From Candidatus Omnitrophota bacterium (GTDB taxonomy: Bacteria; Ratteibacteria; UBA8468; B48-G9; JAFGKM01), in NCBI GenBank assembly GCA_023819375.1, contig JAMWDI010000001.1, forward strand, positions 107,685-171,684: a DNA stretch of 64,000 nucleotides, in the 5' to 3' direction. A program made the position numbers and the translations under genes. Each line of letters starts with the position of its first letter. Positions within the stretch are counted from its first letter, which is position 1. Of the stretch, positions 1 to 9,033 are shown piece after piece. The notes beneath the pieces are model-generated. The model ran no database searches. It was not told the DNA's origin and was given only the letters and a program-made list of their open reading frames with translations.

Positions 1-985
1 ATTTAAAAGTTCTCAAAATTAAAAACAACAAAAGTATAGAAGCAATATTTTTTACCTCTACCGGTATAAATTTACTTTGATGGTGGTGAATAACATTAAA
101 ATTATAATTAGAGTAAATTTTATCAATAATCAATCCGAAAATAATAGCCCACAAAATAATTGAGGATATATAAATTAAAAAATTTCTTTTACCAAATTTA
201 CCAAAAATAAAACTCAAAGTGACAGAATTTGTAGCAGGTCCCGCAAACAAAAAAACAAGACCTGCTCCTGGGGACATACCTTTTGATATCAACGAAGAAG
301 TAATTGGAATTGAACCAGTTGCACATACATACATAGGAATACTGATTATTAACATTAAAAAATAAGAAAACAACCTGTTGCCGAAATATTTCAATATTAT
401 ATTTTTAGGTATAAAAACTGAAATAAAAGCCCCTATAACAATACCAATTAAAATCCACTTACCTGTATCTTCAATTAATTCAAAAAATCCATAGTTAATC
501 ACTGTTTTTATTTTTTTAATTAACGATAATTTTTTAATCTCCTTATTGCAATTTTTACAAACTATTTTTTCTGAATAATGTTTCTTACTTTTATCAAAAA
601 TATTCACAATACTTCCTGCAAAAATTCCTGAAAAAAAAGAAGAGACAGGACGTATTATTGCAAAAACAGGACCCAAAAGTGAATAAGTTGCAAAAATTGA
701 ATCAATACCAGTTGTAGGAGTTGAAATTAAGAATGAAATTGTTGCTCCTTTACTTGCTCCCTCTCTATCCAGATGATTTGCAACAGGAATAACTCCGCAG
801 GAACACAAAGGGAGTGGAATACCAATAATTGCAGATTTTAAAACTGAACTTAAAGATGGTAATGACAAATAATTATAAATTTTTTCTTTTGGTATAATAA
901 TTTTCAAAATTCCAGAAATTAAAAAACCAAAAAGTAAATAAGGGCTCATTTCATTTAAAAGTCGCCAAAACTCAAAAAATAAATT
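1..985 (-). CDS. Permease, DUF318/ArsP-like family (partial; C-terminus lies beyond window start)
   Basis: Minus-strand ORF absent from the supplied track because it runs off the window edge. ATG at 985, 6 nt after the fur stop. Translation MIKNLFFEFWRLLNEMSPYLLFGF... is hydrophobic and multi-TM, with a PLCSCG motif typical of DUF318/ArsP permeases and an extra CKNC motif. Confidence 0.5.
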
Positions 986-990
986 TTTGA

Positions 991-1410
991 TCATTTTTTT
1001 GTTTTCAAAAGACATTCTTTGCAAGTTCCAATTAAATATATATGATGTTCTTCTACTTTATGCCCATTCACTTCTTTACATTTTATAATTGAACACATCT
1101 TAAAAATGTCATAGATTTTTTCACATTTTTTACATTTAAAATGTATGTGTGGTTTTTCAATAAAATCAAATTTAATTTGGTTTTCTTCAATTAAAATCTC
1201 TGAAAGTAATTTTTTTTGACAAAAAAGTTTTAAAGTATTGTAAACCGTTGTAATTGAAAGTGTTGGAATCTTTTTTACTAAATGTTTAAATATTTCATCA
1301 ACAGAAGGGTGAGTTTTATTCTCAATAAAATATTTAAAAACCTCAACTCTTTGGAAAGATGGTTTTATACCTTTCTCTTTGAATAACTTTAAAATTTCTT
1401 CTTTTTTCAT
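991..1410 (-). CDS. Fur-family metal-responsive transcriptional regulator (Fur/Zur/PerR not distinguished)
   Basis: 139 aa. N-terminal winged-helix region with SFQR motif, C-terminal His/Cys-rich metal sites (HIHFKCKKCEK, CKEC). Immediately upstream of the permease. Confidence 0.85.
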   Translation of the reverse strand: MKKEEILKLFKEKGIKPSFQRVEVFKYFIENKTHPSVDEIFKHLVKKIPTLSITTVYNTLKLFCQKKLLSEILIEENQIKFDFIEKPHIHFKCKKCEKIYDIFKMCSIIKCKEVNGHKVEEHHIYLIGTCKECLLKTKK

Positions 1411-1447
1411 ATTGTTTTAATTTTGTACTAATTACAATTTTAAAATA

Positions 1448-1475
1448 ATTTTATCTTTTTAAAAATTTTTGTCAA
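1448..1475 (-). promoter_or_regulatory. Sigma70-like promoter for the fur-permease operon (TTGACA, 16 nt, TAAAAT)
   Basis: On the minus strand, TTGACA at 1475..1470 and TAAAAT at 1453..1448, about 38 nt upstream of the fur ATG. GATAAAATTAT overlapping the -10 is a weak Fur-box-like sequence. Confidence 0.45.
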
Positions 1476-1492
1476 GTTAAATTTATAAAACC

Positions 1493-2293
1493 TTATTTTT
1501 CAAGGACTTCATTCATACTACCTGTTCTATATCCTTCAAGGTCAACTGTTATATATTTATAACCAAGCCTCTTAAATTTTTCTATAATCTTCTTTCTATA
1601 TTTAATCAACTTACTAATCTGATTCCTATCAACTTCAATTCTCGCCAATTCATTATAATCTCTTACTCTTACAATTTTAAATCCCAATGAATATAAAAAT
1701 CTCTCCCCTTTTTCAATTCTTTTCAACTTTTCCTCTACTATTTTTTCTCCATATGGTATTCTTGAAGCAAGGCAAGCCATTTGTGGTTTATTCCATGTTG
1801 GTAAATTTAACTTTTTTGAAATTTCTCTTATTTCCCTTTTTCCTATACCACAATCTTTAAAGGGAGAAATAACATTATAAATCTTTTTGGCCTTCTCCCC
1901 AGGTCTATAATCTTTTTCATCATCTTTATTTGTTCCATCAACAATAAATTTAAAATTATATTTCTTTTTTACTTCTTCAATTTTGCTGAATAATTCTTTT
2001 TTGCACCAAAAACATCTGTCAGGTGGGTTGTTGATAAAATTTCTATTTTTAAATTCCTCTGTTTTTAACTCAATTAATTTAACACCAAGTTTTTTACAGA
2101 AATCTTTTGCAAATTTCCTCTCTTCTTCTGGATAAACTGGAGAAATACCACAAACTGCAATTACATTATCTTTACCAAGAGTATCAACAGAAATTTTTAA
2201 CAAAAGAGAACTATCAACACCTCCAGAATATGCAACAATAATTTTTTCTAATCTTTTTATATATTCTTTTAACTTTTTAATTTTATCTACCAT
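1493..2293 (-). CDS. PP-loop ATP pyrophosphatase, LarE-like (TIGR00268-type) sulfurtransferase
   Basis: 266 aa. SGGVDSS PP-loop at the N-terminus, CxxC (DRCFWCKK) plus a conserved Cys in PQMACLASR. Last gene of the Fe-S/sulfur operon, start overlapping the nfu stop. Confidence 0.6.
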   Translation of the reverse strand: MVDKIKKLKEYIKRLEKIIVAYSGGVDSSLLLKISVDTLGKDNVIAVCGISPVYPEEERKFAKDFCKKLGVKLIELKTEEFKNRNFINNPPDRCFWCKKELFSKIEEVKKKYNFKFIVDGTNKDDEKDYRPGEKAKKIYNVISPFKDCGIGKREIREISKKLNLPTWNKPQMACLASRIPYGEKIVEEKLKRIEKGERFLYSLGFKIVRVRDYNELARIEVDRNQISKLIKYRKKIIEKFKRLGYKYITVDLEGYRTGSMNEVLEK

Positions 2294-2523
2294 TAATCTT
2301 CAACTTCGACAACTTCTTTTACTTCAGGAACTCTATCTTTTATAATAGCCTCTATTCTCATCTTCAAAGTTATTTGAGAAAAAGGACACCCTCTACAAGC
2401 ACCTGTTAATTTCACTTTAACAATTCCATCTTTTGCTTCAACTATTTCACAATCGCCACCTTCTGCTTGCAAAAAACCTCTTACATCTTCAATTGCTTTT
2501 TCAACCTTTTCTTTTAAATCCAT
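2293..2523 (-). CDS. NifU C-terminal domain (Nfu-type) Fe-S carrier protein
   Basis: 76 aa with the CxxC motif (TGACRGCP) characteristic of Nfu/NifU C-terminal domains. Confidence 0.75.
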   Translation of the reverse strand: MDLKEKVEKAIEDVRGFLQAEGGDCEIVEAKDGIVKVKLTGACRGCPFSQITLKMRIEAIIKDRVPEVKEVVEVED

Positions 2524-2542
2524 TTGGCCTCCTTTTATTCTA

Positions 2543-3277
2543 TTATTCTATGTCTTTCCCTAAAATTCCATTTTTTGTTAAATTTATATCTGGATATCCA
2601 TCATTTGCTGGTAAAATTTCTTTTGCTTTTCTAAATTCAACATGACCATCAACAAATAAATAATTTCTACTTCCTTCCCAACTCCACCATCCATTATTCC
2701 CACCTGTGTGATTATCAAGCCATTCTGCAATTATTATTTTTTTGGTAGGATATGCAACCTGTGAAATTTTTTGACCTACTGTAGGAAAAATTTTATTTTT
2801 ATCATATGTATAACTTTTGTCATCCATCTGGTTAATCTGTTCTGGAGAGTGATAAAAACTCATTGAATATCCATATGAAGTAGATTCCCATTTAGTTGGT
2901 GCAGTTTTATCAGAAGGACAGTGAAAAATATCTTTTGGTCTTGAAAATCTCTTTTTAATTTTGTCATAAGAATATGGATTTATATTTACAAAATAAGGGC
3001 CTATAAGAATTCTCCATCCACGTCCCATCCATAGCCAGTAACCTTCAGGAAATGGATCTTGATATGCAGGGAAAAAACCTTCATAATCATCCGTATACAT
3101 TGAAAACGCAATATATATCTGTTTTAAATTATTCATACATACTGCCTGTCTTGCCCTTTCTCTTGCTTTACTTAACGCAGGCAAAATTAAACTTGATAAA
3201 ATTGATACTATCATAACTACTACTAATAATTCAATTAAAACAAAACCATTACTTTTTATTTTTCTTTCTATAGTCAT
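2543..3277 (-). CDS. Prepilin-type N-terminal cleavage/methylation domain protein with DUF1559-like C-terminal region
   Basis: 244 aa. Short basic leader then G-FVLIELLVVVMIVSILSSLILP (class III signal). C-terminal NYLFVDGHVEF resembles the DUF1559 signature. Overlaps iscU by 29 nt. Confidence 0.65.
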   Translation of the reverse strand: MTIERKIKSNGFVLIELLVVVMIVSILSSLILPALSKARERARQAVCMNNLKQIYIAFSMYTDDYEGFFPAYQDPFPEGYWLWMGRGWRILIGPYFVNINPYSYDKIKKRFSRPKDIFHCPSDKTAPTKWESTSYGYSMSFYHSPEQINQMDDKSYTYDKNKIFPTVGQKISQVAYPTKKIIIAEWLDNHTGGNNGWWSWEGSRNYLFVDGHVEFRKAKEILPANDGYPDINLTKNGILGKDIE

Positions 3278-3638
3278 TAATTGCTGCTTTTAATCCTTCT
3301 TCTGCAAGTAATGAGCAATGTTTTTTTATTGGTGGAAGACCTCCAAGGAATTCAACCACATCTTTATTTGATATTTTTTCTGCTTCAGACAATGTCTTTC
3401 CTTTTGCAAGTTCAGTAACAACTGAACTTGTTGCAATTGCTGCAGCGCAACCAAAAGTTTCAAATTTTATATCCTCAATTATCTCTTCTCCCTTTTCATT
3501 TTTTCTAACTTTTATATATATCCACATTACATCACCACAAACAGGATTTCCAACTTTACCTATACCATCTGCATTTTCAATTCTTCCCATATTTCTTGGA
3601 TTTCTAAAATATTCAAGTACTTTTTCTGTATAGTCCAT
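3249..3638 (-). CDS. iscU: Fe-S cluster assembly scaffold IscU/NifU-N
   Basis: 129 aa. Three conserved Cys contexts (PVCGD, FGCAAAIATSS, KKHCS) as in IscU. Confidence 0.8.
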   Translation of the reverse strand: MDYTEKVLEYFRNPRNMGRIENADGIGKVGNPVCGDVMWIYIKVRKNEKGEEIIEDIKFETFGCAAAIATSSVVTELAKGKTLSEAEKISNKDVVEFLGGLPPIKKHCSLLAEEGLKAAINDYRKKNKK

Positions 3639-3673
3639 TTTTTATTTCCTGCTTTGAAGTTGGAATTTTGAAA

Positions 3674-4585
3674 TTAAACATATTCAAGCATCCTCTCAAG
3701 CGATACTTTTGCTTTCTCTAAAATATCTGGTTTTAAATTTATCTCATATTTTTCTTCTTTCAAAGATAAATATAATTTTTCAATTGTTATCTTTTTCATA
3801 TTTGGACATATTTTACCAGAACCAAGCGAATAAAATTCTTTCTCAGGATTTTCTTTTTTAAGTCTATGCAATAATCCTTCTTCTGTTCCTATTATAAATA
3901 TTTTTGAGTTTGACTCTTTTGCTCTTTTTAACATACCAGAAGTTGAATATATACCATCTGCAAGTTTTTGAATTTCTGGGTCACATTCAGGATGAACAAT
4001 TATTTCAGCATTTGGATATTTTTCCCTTGCTTTTTTTACCTCTTCTACAGTAAATTTTCTATGAACAAAACAATAACCATCCCAACATATTATCTCTTTT
4101 TCAGAAACTTTTTGCTTCACATACCAACACAGGTTTTTATCAGGCAAAAATATAATTTTCTTTGCAGGAACATTTCTTACAACTATATCAGCATTTGCAC
4201 TTGTACAACAAACATCTGATATACTTTTAACATCTGCATTTGTATTTACATAGGAAACAATCCAGGCATCAGGATATTTTTCTTTCATCTTTAAAACATC
4301 TTGGTATTTTGCCATATCTGCCAAAGGACATCCAGCATCTAAATCTGGAAGTAAAACTTTTTTATCAGGTGATAATATTTTTGCTGTTTCAGCCATAAAT
4401 TTAACTCCACAAAATACAATAATTTTTGCATCTTTAACTTGGCTTGCCTTTCTTGCAAGTTCAAGAGAATCACCAACAAAATCAGCCAAATCCTGAATTT
4501 CTGGAATTTGATAATTATGGGCAAGAATTATTGCTTCTTTTTCTTTTTTTAATCTTAAAATTTCCTCAATCATTTCTTCTCCCAA
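3674..4585 (-). CDS. nadA: Quinolinate synthase
   Basis: 303 aa with NadA-typical length and conserved blocks (ILAHNYQ, VHPEC, Cys ligands). Confidence 0.8.
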   Translation of the reverse strand: MGEEMIEEILRLKKEKEAIILAHNYQIPEIQDLADFVGDSLELARKASQVKDAKIIVFCGVKFMAETAKILSPDKKVLLPDLDAGCPLADMAKYQDVLKMKEKYPDAWIVSYVNTNADVKSISDVCCTSANADIVVRNVPAKKIIFLPDKNLCWYVKQKVSEKEIICWDGYCFVHRKFTVEEVKKAREKYPNAEIIVHPECDPEIQKLADGIYSTSGMLKRAKESNSKIFIIGTEEGLLHRLKKENPEKEFYSLGSGKICPNMKKITIEKLYLSLKEEKYEINLKPDILEKAKVSLERMLEYV

Positions 4586-5739
4586 AATGGACTCATTTTT
4601 CTTAATTTTTCAACTATCTTTGGTAATACATCAAGAACTTTATCAACATCTTCTTCTTTATTATATTTACCAAGGGAAAACCTTAAAGAACCATGCGCGA
4701 TTTCAGGTGGAATTCCAATTGCAAGTAAAACATGACTTGGTTCAAGTGAACCAGATGTACATGCAGAACCACTTGAAGCATAAATTTTTTCAAAATCAAG
4801 ATTTAAAAGAATACTTTCTCCTTCAACATATTTAACACACAAATTTAATGTATTATATAAGCGATTTTCAGGATGTCCATTTATAATAATTTCAGGTATA
4901 TTTTCCATTATTCCTTTTTCAAGTTTATCTCTTAAATATTTCACCTTCTTTGCCTCTTCTTCCATTTCTTCTTTTGCTATCTCGCAGGCTTTTCCAAGAC
5001 CTATAATACCTGGAACATTATAAGTCCCTCCTCTTTTTCCTTTCTCCTGTTCTCCACCGTGAATAAATGTCTCAATTTTTGTTCCTTTTTTTATATAAAT
5101 TGCTCCAACTCCTTTGGGACCATAAAATTTATGTGCAGATAAAGAAATTATATCAACTCCAAGTTTTTTCACAGAAACAGGAATTTTGCCAACTGTCTGA
5201 ACACAATCTGAGTGAAAATATATACCATTTTCTTTTGCTATTTTTGCTATTTCTTCAATTGGCTGGATTGTTCCTATCTCATTATTTGCATGCATTATTG
5301 TTATTAAAATTGTTTCTTTTTTAATTGATTTTCTTATAAAATCAACATCAACAACTCCATATTTATCAACTGGTGCATATGTAATTTCATATCCAATTTT
5401 ACTTAAAAATTTACAGGTATTCAAAACAGCATGATGCTCTATCTGACTTGTAATTATATGATTTCCTTTATTTTTTAAAGCAAAAGATATTCCCTTTATA
5501 GCCCAGTTATCACTTTCTGTCCCTCCAGAAGTAAAGAATATTTCTTCTGGTTCTGCATCAATCAATTCTGCAACTTTCTGCCTTGCTTTTTCTATTTCTT
5601 TTTTATTTTCTCTTGCTATTTCATAAATTGAACTGGGATTTCCAAATTTTTCAAAAAAATAATCTTTCATAACTTCTAAAACCCTCGGATCCGTTGGTGT
5701 TGTCGCATTATAGTCCATATAAATTGTTTTATTTTCCAT
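4570..5739 (-). CDS. iscS: Cysteine desulfurase (NifS/IscS class, PLP-dependent)
   Basis: 389 aa. PLP-lysine region SLSAHKFYGPKGVGAIYI and active-site loop SSGSACTSG. Overlaps nadA by 16 nt. Confidence 0.85.
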   Translation of the reverse strand: MENKTIYMDYNATTPTDPRVLEVMKDYFFEKFGNPSSIYEIARENKKEIEKARQKVAELIDAEPEEIFFTSGGTESDNWAIKGISFALKNKGNHIITSQIEHHAVLNTCKFLSKIGYEITYAPVDKYGVVDVDFIRKSIKKETILITIMHANNEIGTIQPIEEIAKIAKENGIYFHSDCVQTVGKIPVSVKKLGVDIISLSAHKFYGPKGVGAIYIKKGTKIETFIHGGEQEKGKRGGTYNVPGIIGLGKACEIAKEEMEEEAKKVKYLRDKLEKGIMENIPEIIINGHPENRLYNTLNLCVKYVEGESILLNLDFEKIYASSGSACTSGSLEPSHVLLAIGIPPEIAHGSLRFSLGKYNKEEDVDKVLDVLPKIVEKLRKMSPFWEKK

Positions 5740-5748
5740 TTTTAAATT

Positions 5749-6153
5749 TTAAATGGTTGATATCATTGCATTCGTTGGACATCCCTTTATGCATAATTCA
5801 CATGCAATACATTTTTCTGGTTCAAATTTAACTTCATATGTATTTCTATTAAGGTATAAAGCCCCTGTTGGACACAAAGCAATACAAACTGAGCAATCCG
5901 TACATCTTTCTTTTATCATTCTTATATCACTCTCTATTAGTTGAATTTTTACTCCTTTACTTTTTAATTCTTCTACCGCATCAAAAACATTTTTTTCTTC
6001 TCCTGAAAAAGCAATTACAAGTGTTCCTTCCTCTTCAGGAGAGACAAAGGCTTTTAAAATGTTAAATTCAAGATTGTATTTCCTCACAATAGTTGAAATT
6101 ATTGGCTTATCAACTAAAACTGGCGGGAAATGCATTACAAATTTTTTTTCCAT
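5749..6153 (-). CDS. NIL-domain / 2x[4Fe-4S] ferredoxin fusion protein (homocysteine biosynthesis partner type)
   Basis: 134 aa. N-terminal NIL domain (LEFNILKA) followed by two CxxCxxCxxxCP ferredoxin motifs. Sits directly downstream of the DUF39 gene, the classic pairing. Confidence 0.7.
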   Translation of the reverse strand: MEKKFVMHFPPVLVDKPIISTIVRKYNLEFNILKAFVSPEEEGTLVIAFSGEEKNVFDAVEELKSKGVKIQLIESDIRMIKERCTDCSVCIALCPTGALYLNRNTYEVKFEPEKCIACELCIKGCPTNAMISTI

Positions 6154-6154
6154 A

Positions 6155-7348
6155 TTATACCTCCTTCATTGGTTTAAATTTATATCCTGATTCTGGACCA
6201 GGGAAATAGAAAATTGGTTCAGTTAATAAAAATTCACCACTTTCAATCCACTTTTTTAAAATTTCTGCTATTTCTTTTGCCTTTTTATAACTTGACAGAG
6301 AACCGGTTGGAATTTCTTTTCCCATCAATTTTATCTTCCCACTTTTCAGTTGTGAGTAATTTACATAATCTAAAATATTTCCTGTTGAATTTGGATAATC
6401 ATAACTGTAATCAACTACAGGTGCATAAATCTCTTCATCAGGTATACTTACCCAATTTAATATTTCTTCATTCAAAATTGGTATTGGAATACCAACACCA
6501 ACTATTAAACTCGTTCCATATCCTGTTAAACTTGCTCCTTTTAAAAATTCTACTTTCATCTGTTTTAAATCACCAATTAAAGCAAGCGTTGCTCCAGGAA
6601 TAGTAGGTACTCCATTTTCCCTTCGTTTTACACCTGGATTATATTGAGTCCCCCACCAACAAACATACCCAATCCCTCCTCCAAGAAAAATCCTTGTCCC
6701 AAATCCAATAGTTTTCAAATATGGATCTTTTAAAAGTGGTGATAATTGCCCTGCTGAACAATAATTTGCATTTCCGAGATTTGGTTTTAAGACTCCCATG
6801 TAAGTATAAATTGTTTTATTTGAAAGATTGACTGCAACATTATAATTCTGATAACAATTTCTTGGATTAAAAAGTATTGCTTCATTTATATCATTTATTG
6901 TAATTTTTGTCTTTAAATATTTTTTTGGATAACAGTCAGTGCCATATGCATAGGCAACAAGTTCAATTTCTTTTCCACTTACTAAATCTTCAATTACATG
7001 TCCACCACCATATTTAAACTCGCCTGGATATTTAGTATTCCTTGGATCATCATCTGGCAAAGCAGTCGCTCCAAGATAAACATCAACAGCAGCAAGTCCA
7101 GAATAAGCAGGGACATTATTTAAATATACTCTTCCTCCACCCATTTTGATTTTTTCTTTTGAATGACCAAAATTTAAAAATACACCAGAAGAACACATAG
7201 GGCCAAAAGTTCCAGTTGTTACAACATCTACCTCTTTTGCGAGTTTTTTAACATTTGTAGATTTTTTTAATTCAATTATTTCATCTGCTGTTAAAACTAC
7301 TACTTCTCCTCTTTTTATTTTTTCATTTATTTCTCTTATCGTTTTCAT
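6155..7348 (-). CDS. DUF39/COG1900 homocysteine biosynthesis protein (putative aspartate-semialdehyde sulfurtransferase)
   Basis: 397 aa. GTFGPMCSSG-type glycine-rich core. Adjacent to a NIL-ferredoxin gene and between cysK and the cysteine desulfurase. Confidence 0.6.
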   Translation of the reverse strand: MKTIREINEKIKRGEVVVLTADEIIELKKSTNVKKLAKEVDVVTTGTFGPMCSSGVFLNFGHSKEKIKMGGGRVYLNNVPAYSGLAAVDVYLGATALPDDDPRNTKYPGEFKYGGGHVIEDLVSGKEIELVAYAYGTDCYPKKYLKTKITINDINEAILFNPRNCYQNYNVAVNLSNKTIYTYMGVLKPNLGNANYCSAGQLSPLLKDPYLKTIGFGTRIFLGGGIGYVCWWGTQYNPGVKRRENGVPTIPGATLALIGDLKQMKVEFLKGASLTGYGTSLIVGVGIPIPILNEEILNWVSIPDEEIYAPVVDYSYDYPNSTGNILDYVNYSQLKSGKIKLMGKEIPTGSLSSYKKAKEIAEILKKWIESGEFLLTEPIFYFPGPESGYKFKPMKEV

Positions 7349-7360
7349 TTTTAACTCCTT

Positions 7361-8272
7361 TTAAAAAACTGATAGATACCTTTCACCTGTGTCTGGCAAA
7401 ATAACAACTATTATTTTACCACTATTTTCTTTTCTTTTCCCAATCTTTATTGCAGCAAAAGTAGCAGCACCTGATGAAATTCCACATAATATCCCTTCTT
7501 CTCTTGCTAATCTTTTTGCTGTCTCTATTGCATTCTCGTCGGATACTTTTATTATTTCATCAATTACTTTTAAATTCAATACATCTGGTATAAAACCAGC
7601 ACCGATACCTTGAATTTTATGTCTTCCTGAAAACCCTCCAGATAAAACAGGAGATTTTTCTGGTTCAACAGCAACAATTTTTACATCTTTTTTCCTCTGT
7701 TTTAGCACCTCTCCTACGCCAGTTATTGTTCCTCCAGTCCCTACCCCAGCCACAAATATATCAATTTTCCCATCTGTATCTCTCCATATTTCTTCTGCGG
7801 TTGTCTTTCTATGTATCTCTGGATTTGCTGGATTTTTAAACTGTTGCGGCATAAACGAATTTTTATATTTTTTTAACAATTCTTCTGCTTTTTTTACTGC
7901 TCCTGTCATACCTTCATCTGCTGGTGTTAATACAATTTCAGCACCAAACAAAGATAATAATTTCCTTCTCTCTATACTCATACTCTCTGGCATTGTTAAA
8001 ATTAATTTATATCCTCTTTGTGCACATACAAAAGCAAGACCAATCCCAGTATTTCCACTTGTTGGTTCAATTATAACTGTATCTTTATTTATAAGTCCTT
8101 TTTTTTCAGCATCTTCAATCATACTTACTGCAATCCTATCTTTTACTGAACCACATGGGTTAAAAAATTCAAGTTTTGCATAAATCTCTGCGTAACATCC
8201 TTTCACAACTTTATTCAATTTTACAAGTGGAGTATTCCCAATCAATTCTGTTATATCCTTTGCAAATTTCAT
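7361..8272 (-). CDS. cysK: Cysteine synthase / O-acetylserine sulfhydrylase family (PLP-dependent)
   Basis: Track ORF 7361..8326; I prefer the ATG at 8272 ([19 protein letters not shown]), which has a GGGGAG Shine-Dalgarno 6-10 nt upstream. PLP-binding SVKDR, glycine loop [10 protein letters not shown]. Confidence 0.8.
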   Translation of the reverse strand: MKFAKDITELIGNTPLVKLNKVVKGCYAEIYAKLEFFNPCGSVKDRIAVSMIEDAEKKGLINKDTVIIEPTSGNTGIGLAFVCAQRGYKLILTMPESMSIERRKLLSLFGAEIVLTPADEGMTGAVKKAEELLKKYKNSFMPQQFKNPANPEIHRKTTAEEIWRDTDGKIDIFVAGVGTGGTITGVGEVLKQRKKDVKIVAVEPEKSPVLSGGFSGRHKIQGIGAGFIPDVLNLKVIDEIIKVSDENAIETAKRLAREEGILCGISSGAATFAAIKIGKRKENSGKIIVVILPDTGERYLSVF

Positions 8273-8288
8273 AAATTTCTCCCCATTT

Positions 8289-8738
8289 TTAGATTTCGTA
8301 AAAGATAACTTTTTTGTCTCTTTCATTCAATTCTTTTTGCTTTTTTATTAATTCATCTAGAGTTATATTATCAAGATATTCCAAAATTTTTTCTTTTATA
8401 TTACACCATAATTTTCTCGCCACACATATTTCACTTCTTTCACATATTTTGCTTTTTTCAACACATTCCGTTGGAGATATTGTGCCTTCAAGGATTTCAA
8501 TTATTTCTTTAATTTTAATTTCTGATGGATCTCTCAAAAAAGCATATCCTCCCTTGCCACCTTTTGCACTTCTTAAAATTCCTGCTTTTTTCAATGTAAG
8601 CATAATATGCTCAAGATATCTTTCTGATAAATTCTGCCTTTTTGCAATATCTTTAACAAAAATTGGTTTTCCTTTATAATAAACTCCAAGATCTATTAAT
8701 GCTCTTAATCCATACCTTGTTCTTGTTGAAATTTTCAT
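8289..8738 (-). CDS. Rrf2-family transcriptional regulator (IscR/NsrR-like, probable Fe-S sensor)
   Basis: 149 aa. N-terminal HTH ([11 protein letters not shown]), C-x6-C-x5-C cluster ([14 protein letters not shown]) matching the cluster-ligand spacing of Fe-S Rrf2 proteins. First gene of the operon. Confidence 0.85.
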   Translation of the reverse strand: MKISTRTRYGLRALIDLGVYYKGKPIFVKDIAKRQNLSERYLEHIMLTLKKAGILRSAKGGKGGYAFLRDPSEIKIKEIIEILEGTISPTECVEKSKICERSEICVARKLWCNIKEKILEYLDNITLDELIKKQKELNERDKKVIFYEI

Positions 8739-8744
8739 TTTAGT

Positions 8745-8804
8745 TATTTATTATTTTTGTTATCATATTACTAATATTATACTTAAAATTTTAAAAAATG
8801 TCAA
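8745..8804 (-). promoter_or_regulatory. Consensus promoter (TTGACA, 17 nt, TATAAT) plus candidate operator for the Rrf2-led operon
   Basis: Minus strand: TTGACA (8804..8799), 17-nt spacer, TATAAT (8781..8776), then ATTAGTAATATGATAACAAAAATAATAAA. Contains the inverted repeat ATATTA-G-TAATAT. The same block recurs upstream of hcp. Confidence 0.55.
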
Positions 8805-9033
8805 ATTTTTTTCTTCCAATTAATTCCTTCCATTTTTTCTCGCCTATACATTCTTTTGCATATTTACACCAGTCAATACAGGATGGCATTTCTCTATAAA
8901 CATAACTTTTACACTTTGGACATCTTGTTCTTACTTCATCACTAAATATTTCAACTTCATATCCACATTTTTCACATTTTTTAACTTCAACTTTTAAAAA
9001 TCTTGGGTCTATTCCAGGACATTTCATAACCAA
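8791..9033 (-). CDS. Small Cys-rich zinc-ribbon/rubredoxin-like protein
   Basis: 80 aa with 8 Cys including CEKCGY and CPKC pairs. Overlaps the upstream ferredoxin-domain gene by 10 nt; last gene of the hcp operon. Confidence 0.4.
   Translation of the reverse strand: MVMKCPGIDPRFLKVEVKKCEKCGYEVEIFSDEVRTRCPKCKSYVYREMPSCIDWCKYAKECIGEKKWKELIGRKKFDIF

Noticed and set aside
1448-1465. Candidate Fur box (GATAAAATTAT) overlapping the fur -10
   Set aside because: Only a partial match to the GATAATGATAATCATTATC consensus; in AT-rich DNA such matches arise by chance. Noted in the promoter feature but not called as a separate site.
2433-2645. 70-aa plus-strand ORF from the track (MLQLFHNRHLLLAKNLL...)
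   Set aside because: Lies antisense across the nfu / DUF1559 gene junction, is Leu/Phe-rich and low complexity, and has no ribosome-binding site. Typical antisense artefact of AT-rich coding sequence.
3968-4835. Several plus-strand ORFs of 61-83 aa opposite nadA and the cysteine desulfurase gene
   Set aside because: Fully embedded antisense to well-supported genes, with Phe/Leu/Tyr-rich composition mirroring sense-strand Lys/Glu codons. No start context.
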